Below are positions 58,136 through 64,000 of a stretch of 64,000 nucleotides of DNA, piece by piece (the first letter of the stretch is position 1; each line of letters starts with the position of its first letter). The DNA lies in contig CAWDSK010000006.1 of NCBI GenBank assembly GCA_963804995.1, positions 1,984,001-2,048,000 on the forward strand, written 5' to 3'. Origin of the DNA: an uncultured Acidobacteriota bacterium (GTDB taxonomy: Bacteria; Acidobacteriota; Terriglobia; UBA7540). Both the position numbers and the translations under genes were made by a program. The notes under the pieces were generated by a model. It was not told the origin of the DNA. It worked only from the letters and a program-made list of their open reading frames with translations, and searched no databases.

Positions 58136-58307
58136 AAGCTCATCAAACGCCAGGAGCGCTCGCTAATTGGGAAAGCCTTGGTTCCTGGTTAGCCTAGGGT
58201 CAGACTCAACGCGTTATCGCGTTAGCAGGCGAAACCGTACGAATCCAGCTTCAGAACTCAGGTCAGCGTGGGGGCAGTGGTTGAAAGGCAGCGGAGAAAA
58301 CGCGCGA

Positions 58308-60494
58308 ATGGTTCCGGCGAAAGGCGGGCAGGCGACCCCTGCGGCCAATCCCGCGGGGGGCGGCGCAGTCGCTGCTTCTCAGCGTCCCCCGGCGCCATCT
58401 ATCCTTCAAGCACCAACACCCGGCGGGGATATTGCCGCCCTCTTGCAGCGCACCTTCGGTTTCAATTCCTTTCTCCCCAATCAGGAGGCCGTCTGCCGGG
58501 CGGTCATTGAAGGCCGCGACGTGCTGCTGGTGATGCCCACGGGGTCAGGCAAATCACTGTGCTACCAATTGCCGGCCCTGGCGCGCGGTGGGACGACGCT
58601 CGTGATCAGTCCTCTCATCGCCCTGATGGAGGACCAGGTTGCCAAGCTTAAAGCGCTGAACTTTGCCGTGGAGCGCATCCATTCCGGGCGCGGCCGGGGT
58701 GACTCGCGCCGCGTCTGCATTGACTACCTGGCGGGCAAACTGCAATTCCTGTTCATCGCGCCGGAGCGGCTGCGTGTGGCCGGCTTTCCTGAGATGCTGG
58801 CGAAGCGGCAGGTCTCACTCATCGTGGTCGACGAAGCGCACTGCATATCCCAGTGGGGACATGATTTCCGGCCTGACTACCGCCGGCTCGGCAAGCACGT
58901 GCCCAGCCTGCGCCCGGCGCCGGTGATCGCGCTAACCGCCACCGCTACGCCACCCGTCCAGAACGACATCGTCGAGCAACTGGGGCTCGTGCGGCCGGCA
59001 CGTTTCATTCATGGCTTTCGGCGTACCAACCTGGCGATTGAAGTGGTGGAAGTTCCGCCCTCGGAACGCCCAGAGCTCACGCTGGAACTATTGTCTGACT
59101 CCGAGCGGCGGCCGGCAATTGTCTACACACCTACGCGCAAGCAGGCGGAATCCCTGGCCCTCGAACTCGGTGCCCACTTCACGGCTGCCGCCTATCACGC
59201 GGGACTCGATGCCGAGCGTCGCAAACAAGTCCAGGGGGAGTTCTTGGCGGGCAGGCTTCAGGCTACCGTGGCGACGATTGCCTTTGGCATGGGAATCGAC
59301 AAGCCCGATATCCGCACCGTGATCCACACTGCTTTGCCGGGGAGCATTGAAGCCTATTACCAGGAAATCGGCCGGGCCGGGCGGGATGGCCAGCCCAGCC
59401 GCGCCATCCTGATGCAATCCTACGCGGACCGCTACACGCATGACTTCTTCTTTGAGCGGGATTATCCGGACGTGATGTTTCTGGACGAAATCTTCGCGCG
59501 CCTCACTCCTGAGCCGCAGGCGAAACGCGAGCTACAAAGGAAATTGCTGATGGAGCCCGAAGTGTTTGACCGGGCCCTCGAAAAGCTGTGGACCCATGGC
59601 GGCGCCGTGGTGGACTACGCCGAAAACGTTACGTTGGGGCAGAACGATTGGCGGGAGATGTACCTGGTCCAGGGTGAGCAGAAGCGCCAGCAGATTGAGC
59701 TCATGATCCGCTACGCAGAGAGCAACCTGTGCCGCATGGCGAGCGTGGTGCGCCATTTCGGCGACCTCGCCGATAGTCAGAAGCCCTGCGGGATCTGCGA
59801 TCATTGCGCTCCGGCAGGATGCGTCGCACAGCACTTCCGGACCGCCACGAAGGCAGAGCACGCGGCGGTGCTGCGCGTAATTGACGAGTTGCGCGGCGGG
59901 GGCGCAAGGTCCACGGGCAAACTGCATACGGAACTCTTGGCGGGCCACGAGATGAGCCGCGACAGGTTCGAGGATCTGCTGGGGGCTATGGCGCGCGCCG
60001 GAATTGTGCGCTTGCAGGATGCGGTTTTTGAAAAGAATGGCCGGCAGATTCCTTATCGTACCGCCAGCCTCACGCGAGCCGGGCATGCGGTGGACGAACG
60101 TACTCCGCTCGACCTGGTAATGAAGGTTCTTAAGCCGCTTGCCGCTCAGCCCAAACGCCGGAAGAAACCCAGACGAGCCACGATGCCGGGGCTGGAACCT
60201 GCCGGCCCGGCGGCGGCGCTCGCGGCGCGCGCCACGAAGAGACAGCCTGACCCTGCGGCGGACCTTCGGGCCGAAGAGGCGCTGCGTGCCTGGCGGTTGG
60301 CGGAGGCCCGGCGACTTGGCGTGCCTGCCTTCCGCATCCTCACGGACAGGGCACTCGAAGGACTGGTAAAGCTGCGCCCCCATAATACCGCTGAGATGCT
60401 CGCCATTCCGGGCATCGGACTCCGCACGGCGGAGAAATACGAAGGCGACATCCGCAAAGCCTTGTACGGCGCCAATCGGCAGCCATCCTCGTAG
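58308..60494 (+). CDS. recQ: RecQ family ATP-dependent DNA helicase with HRDC domain
   Basis: Motifs 'MPTGSGKSLCYQLP', 'DEAHCISQWGHDFRPDY', 'ATIAFGMGIDK', 'QEIGRAGRDG'; Zn site 'CR...CGICDHC'; HRDC 'LRAWR...A...GVPAFRI'. Start uncertain. Confidence 0.92.
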   Translation: MVPAKGGQATPAANPAGGGAVAASQRPPAPSILQAPTPGGDIAALLQRTFGFNSFLPNQEAVCRAVIEGRDVLLVMPTGSGKSLCYQLPALARGGTTLVISPLIALMEDQVAKLKALNFAVERIHSGRGRGDSRRVCIDYLAGKLQFLFIAPERLRVAGFPEMLAKRQVSLIVVDEAHCISQWGHDFRPDYRRLGKHVPSLRPAPVIALTATATPPVQNDIVEQLGLVRPARFIHGFRRTNLAIEVVEVPPSERPELTLELLSDSERRPAIVYTPTRKQAESLALELGAHFTAAAYHAGLDAERRKQVQGEFLAGRLQATVATIAFGMGIDKPDIRTVIHTALPGSIEAYYQEIGRAGRDGQPSRAILMQSYADRYTHDFFFERDYPDVMFLDEIFARLTPEPQAKRELQRKLLMEPEVFDRALEKLWTHGGAVVDYAENVTLGQNDWREMYLVQGEQKRQQIELMIRYAESNLCRMASVVRHFGDLADSQKPCGICDHCAPAGCVAQHFRTATKAEHAAVLRVIDELRGGGARSTGKLHTELLAGHEMSRDRFEDLLGAMARAGIVRLQDAVFEKNGRQIPYRTASLTRAGHAVDERTPLDLVMKVLKPLAAQPKRRKKPRRATMPGLEPAGPAAALAARATKRQPDPAADLRAEEALRAWRLAEARRLGVPAFRILTDRALEGLVKLRPHNTAEMLAIPGIGLRTAEKYEGDIRKALYGANRQPSS

Positions 60495-60840
60495 CCTGGC
60501 CGCCCACCGTCCGACTGGGGTGGTAGCCACGGACAGTGCCTTCCTGTCCGTGGGCTTTTCTCAGGCGCGATATCCTATGGGAAATCTCACGTAATCAATT
60601 TGAATGGGGCAGGCCTCGAAGGTTGCTTTGTCCAAGGCGAAATTGCGGTAAGTTGCAGCCACAATTCATGGCGGGTTTGAGATCATGGGAAGAGCCCACT
60701 TTCATCCGCGATTCGAAGCCGCGCTCCAACCAGCAGCGATCGATTCACGATGCATCAATACCCCTCGATCCAGAGATTGTCAATCTCTCAATATGTCCGA
60801 AGCATAACCTGAGGTGGTTTTGGCAATGGCGAGAAAAATC

Positions 60841-60951
60841 CAGGCTGGCGCAGAGCGAGCCCAGCTCTGCGATTTCGAGCGGTTCAAGCAAGCCGGTCCG
60901 AGGTCAAGGCCGACGTGAGTCGCAGAGCTGAGCTCGCTCTGCGCCAGCCTG
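60841..60951. repeat. Inverted REP-like doublet (32-bp arms)
   Basis: CAGGCTGGCGCAGAGCGAGCCCAGCTCTGCGA ... TCGCAGAGCTGAGCTCGCTCTGCGCCAGCCTG. Confidence 0.8.
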
Positions 60952-61119
60952 CGCTTGCTGGTCAATCGTATTCACATGCTTTCGTCCCTGGGGTTTGAAC
61001 CCGGGAATTGACTTGGCACGATGGCGGTGCTTGATTATGATTGCTGCCTCATAACCCCCTGAGGAAAAGTGTGCGCTTTCCGCAACTGCGGGGGGAATCA
61101 ACTTCAGAAAGGACTCGGT

Positions 61120-62118
61120 ATGGCAAAAATCGGGGTGGGGGTTATTGGCGTAGGGTCATTTGGCGAGCTGCACATCGAAACTTACCGATCGCTCCCGGAT
61201 GTTGAGGTTCGAGCCATCTCAGACGTTAATGAAAGCCGTCTGCGCGAGATAGCCGGCAAGTACCAGATCCCTCACACCTATACTGACACCAAAGAGTTGT
61301 GCGCGCGGAAGGATATTGAGATGGTGAGCGTCGTGACACCCGAACCCCTCCATCTCGCGCCGGTTTTGGCTGCGGCCCAAGCGGGAAAACACATTCTGCT
61401 GGAGAAACCTATCGCCACGAATCTTGCAGACGCTCAGAAGATCATGCAGGCGGCGGAACAAGCCCACGTCCATCTCATGGTGGGCCACATCCTGCGCTTT
61501 GAAACCAACTACGGGAGCCTGCAGCGGGAAATCCGAGCCGGCAACCTTGGCAAGATTGTTTCAATTCATGCACGGCGCAACCGGCCGAGGAAGCTATATG
61601 CAATTTACTCGCGCGCTCACGCCATACTCGAGAACTCCATTCACGACATCGACATGTGCCTCTGGTACACGCAGGACCGTGTCACGAACGTGCGAGCGTT
61701 TACGCGCAACATCCAGGGCGGGGAGAATCCCGATATCAACTGGAGTTTTCTTGAATTTGCGGGCGGCGCCGTGGCTTGCGTTGAGACCCATTGGCTGATT
61801 CCCGACCAGGCCGGAATCATGACCAACGACTCCATGCAGGTCATCGGAACCAAAGCCGTGGCGGACCTTCACCTGGTGCCCGCGAGTTTGAGTTTGTGGA
61901 AGGAGCAAGGGACGGAATCTCTCAACACGAGTTACGACGCGCGATTCGCAGACCGCATCTGGGGAGCGATCAAGGAAGAAGTTGGCTACTTTGTGGACTG
62001 CGTGAGACGGGGCGAGTCACCAACGGTCATCACTCCACGCGAGGCCTGCGAGGCGCTGAAGGTTACTCTGGCCTTGATCCAATCCGCCCAAGAACAGCGT
62101 GACGTGAAAGTGCAATAG
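61120..62118 (+). CDS. Gfo/Idh/MocA family oxidoreductase
   Basis: Motifs 'GVIGVGSFG', 'GKHILLEKP', 'VGHILRF', 'IHDID'; AAAGGA RBS before ATG 61120. Confidence 0.92.
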   Translation: MAKIGVGVIGVGSFGELHIETYRSLPDVEVRAISDVNESRLREIAGKYQIPHTYTDTKELCARKDIEMVSVVTPEPLHLAPVLAAAQAGKHILLEKPIATNLADAQKIMQAAEQAHVHLMVGHILRFETNYGSLQREIRAGNLGKIVSIHARRNRPRKLYAIYSRAHAILENSIHDIDMCLWYTQDRVTNVRAFTRNIQGGENPDINWSFLEFAGGAVACVETHWLIPDQAGIMTNDSMQVIGTKAVADLHLVPASLSLWKEQGTESLNTSYDARFADRIWGAIKEEVGYFVDCVRRGESPTVITPREACEALKVTLALIQSAQEQRDVKVQ

Positions 62119-62122
62119 CGGC

Positions 62123-62249
62123 CTAGCAGGCTGATGAAAAACGACGTAGCGGCGGGTTTACGCCGCCATCCGCTGTTGAAATCGTTGGCGATATGGCGGG
62201 GTAAACCCGCGCTACCTCGCACCGTGAGGATTTTTCAACAGCCTGCCAG
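62123..62249. mobile_element. MITE with REP doublet, copy 2
   Basis: Closely matches 50863-50990 (CTAGCAGGCTGATGAAAAACGACGTAGCGGCGGG ... TTTTTCAACAGCCTGCCAG). Confidence 0.85.
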
Positions 62250-62322
62250 GCTTTGCCTGGGACCGACGAGCCGAAGTGCCGTGAGCGTGCCACGTGTTTC
62301 CCATCACCAGAGGACAGGAACC

Positions 62323-63486
62323 ATGGAACCTGGCTTGAAAATAAATTCCGAAGAGATTTTCGCCACGCTGGCCGATCTGATTGCAATCAACAGCGTCAAT
62401 CCCGGCTATCCCGGAGGACCGGGAGAAGGACGGATCGCGGAATACGTGGGAGAATTCTTTCGGAAGAATTCCATCCCCTGCGAATTCCAAACGGTATTCG
62501 AAGGCCGCCCCAACGTGATCGCCAAACTCGCAGGGCAGCCGGGAGGTCCCACCTTAGTCTTTGAAGCCCACATGGACACGGCCTCCGAATTAGGCATGAG
62601 CATCGAACCGTTCCAGCCGGTCCGGAAAAATAATCGCATGTACGGCCGCGGGAGTTGCGATACCAAGGGTGGGTTGGCCGCCATGATGCACGCGCTAAAA
62701 GCCGTGCGCGATGCCGGAACCCTACCCCGGGCCTCAACCGTGCTGGTGGCGGCTGCGGATGAGGAACATTCGTTTCGCGGGATTGTGAAGTTTGTGGAAA
62801 GAGGGGTGAAGGCTGAAGGGGCGGTGGTTGCGGAACCTACCGAGCTTGAGATCGTCGTAGCCTCCAAGGGAGTCCTGCGCTGGCGGATGCACACCCGCGG
62901 TCGCGCCGCCCATACTGCCAAGCCGCATTTGGGCATCAATGCGGTCACCAAAATGGCCAAGATCATCCTGGCCATCGATGAAAAATTGGTGCCCAGCTAT
63001 AAACTGCGGCAGCATCCGCTCCTGGGATCGCCGGCGCTCACGGTGGGAACAATTCGCGGCGGAATCCAGGTGAATCAGGTCCCGGAATCTTGCACGGTTG
63101 AAATCGACCGCCGTCTATTGCCCGGTGAAACCAAGGACTCCGTGTGGAAGGAACTAAACGACCTGCTTTCCGAAATGGGTGCGGAAGACCCCGAGTTGAA
63201 AGTAGAGATGGATCCCCCGATGCTGGAAGATCAGGCTATGGAGACTCCAGCTTCGGCGCGAATTGCCCAGATTGCGCGTGAGGTCTCTCAAAACCTTCGA
63301 GGGGTAAGTCGTTTGGTGGGCGTGCCTTATGGTTCGGATGCCAGCAAACTCGCGAGGGTAGGAGTGCCCAGCATTATTTTGGGCCCGGGAAGCATTGATC
63401 GTGCCCACGCGGCCGAGGAGTATGTGGAGCTTGATCAAGTGGCCTGCGCGGCGGAAATGTACGCACGGATCATTCTGGGCTTTTGA
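62323..63486 (+). CDS. M20 family metallopeptidase (ArgE/DapE-like)
   Basis: Motifs 'EAHMDT', 'YGRGSCDTKGG', 'DEE', 'AEPT', 'GPGSI..AH..EEY'. Start ATG 62323; the longer ORF reads through the MITE. Confidence 0.92.
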   Translation: MEPGLKINSEEIFATLADLIAINSVNPGYPGGPGEGRIAEYVGEFFRKNSIPCEFQTVFEGRPNVIAKLAGQPGGPTLVFEAHMDTASELGMSIEPFQPVRKNNRMYGRGSCDTKGGLAAMMHALKAVRDAGTLPRASTVLVAAADEEHSFRGIVKFVERGVKAEGAVVAEPTELEIVVASKGVLRWRMHTRGRAAHTAKPHLGINAVTKMAKIILAIDEKLVPSYKLRQHPLLGSPALTVGTIRGGIQVNQVPESCTVEIDRRLLPGETKDSVWKELNDLLSEMGAEDPELKVEMDPPMLEDQAMETPASARIAQIAREVSQNLRGVSRLVGVPYGSDASKLARVGVPSIILGPGSIDRAHAAEEYVELDQVACAAEMYARIILGF

Positions 63487-64000
63487 TGCTTGACAACACC
63501 CCCCTTTGGGTTAGAAGCCCTTCGTGGGGGTTCATATCGTGGCGGATCAGCCTTTTTCGATGTAACTGACAAATTGTCAGGACATTGAGAATCTATGGTC
63601 AAGTTGCCCGAATTCACCAAGCATCGAACGCGAAAACCATCGGTCCTATAGTCTCCTGCAGCATAATTGTTTATAATGGGTATTCCAAATGGAGAGCCTG
63701 ATTCGTCCAAAAGTCAAAATGAGAGGCTCCTTCGTTCAAACTATCTAGTGCCGCCGCCGAATTGACATTTTGCCCCACGCCCGCTTGGCGATTTGTGGAG
63801 TGGCAGACGAAATGCACGAATTTGCGATCGCTAGGTGAGATGGCCCTCTAGTTCCAGGCGACAATCTGCAGATTTTTCCCTTCCGTCCCCGGAACTAGTA
63901 ACGCCGATCTCAACGTCAACGTCTATTTCTATTTATAGGGGAAAATCACGGTGATTAGGGGTTTATCTTTCTTTGCAAAGGCTTGTTTGTACCTGACCGT

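Noticed and set aside
62134..62322. N-terminal extension of the M20 peptidase (and ORF 50577-50990)
   Set aside because: These are translations of the MITE sequence; the same peptide appears at both MITE copies.
63487..64000. Gene or ncRNA in the AT-richer window end
   Set aside because: There is no convincing ORF or recognisable RNA motif, and the context is cut off by the window edge.

Overview
GC-rich chromosomal window that looks like an Acidobacteriota (Terriglobia-like) genome. This is inferred from the Oar-type TonB-dependent receptor, the acidobacterial VWA protein and the repeat families. Housekeeping and metabolic genes include AmmeMemoRadiSam B, a methylmalonyl-CoA mutase N-domain, a beta-CASP nuclease, an HD hydrolase, class II RNR nrdJ with two NrdR boxes, carD, recQ, oxidoreductases, an aminotransferase, an M20 peptidase and a TolC/RND/MFP/multicopper oxidase cluster. 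Accessory DNA includes two TA modules, a lower-GC defence-like island (AbiJ-like protein plus KAP NTPase), a RAYT/REPtron, an IS110 element, and many REP, MITE and heptamer repeats. The most unusual locus is 8344-9453, built around one intact tRNA-Val(GAC). Upstream of it are four 89-bp tandem tRNA-derived units. Downstream are two 317-bp cassettes, each a small GIY-YIG nuclease gene followed by a tRNA-like 3' segment. In all six derived copies the anticodon arm is exactly replaced by a 16-nt GC palindrome, and each nuclease stop codon lies in the D-arm of the following tRNA copy. Several genes carry +1 homopolymer frameshifts that are probably sequencing errors. All family names come from motif recognition by eye; no database searches were run.
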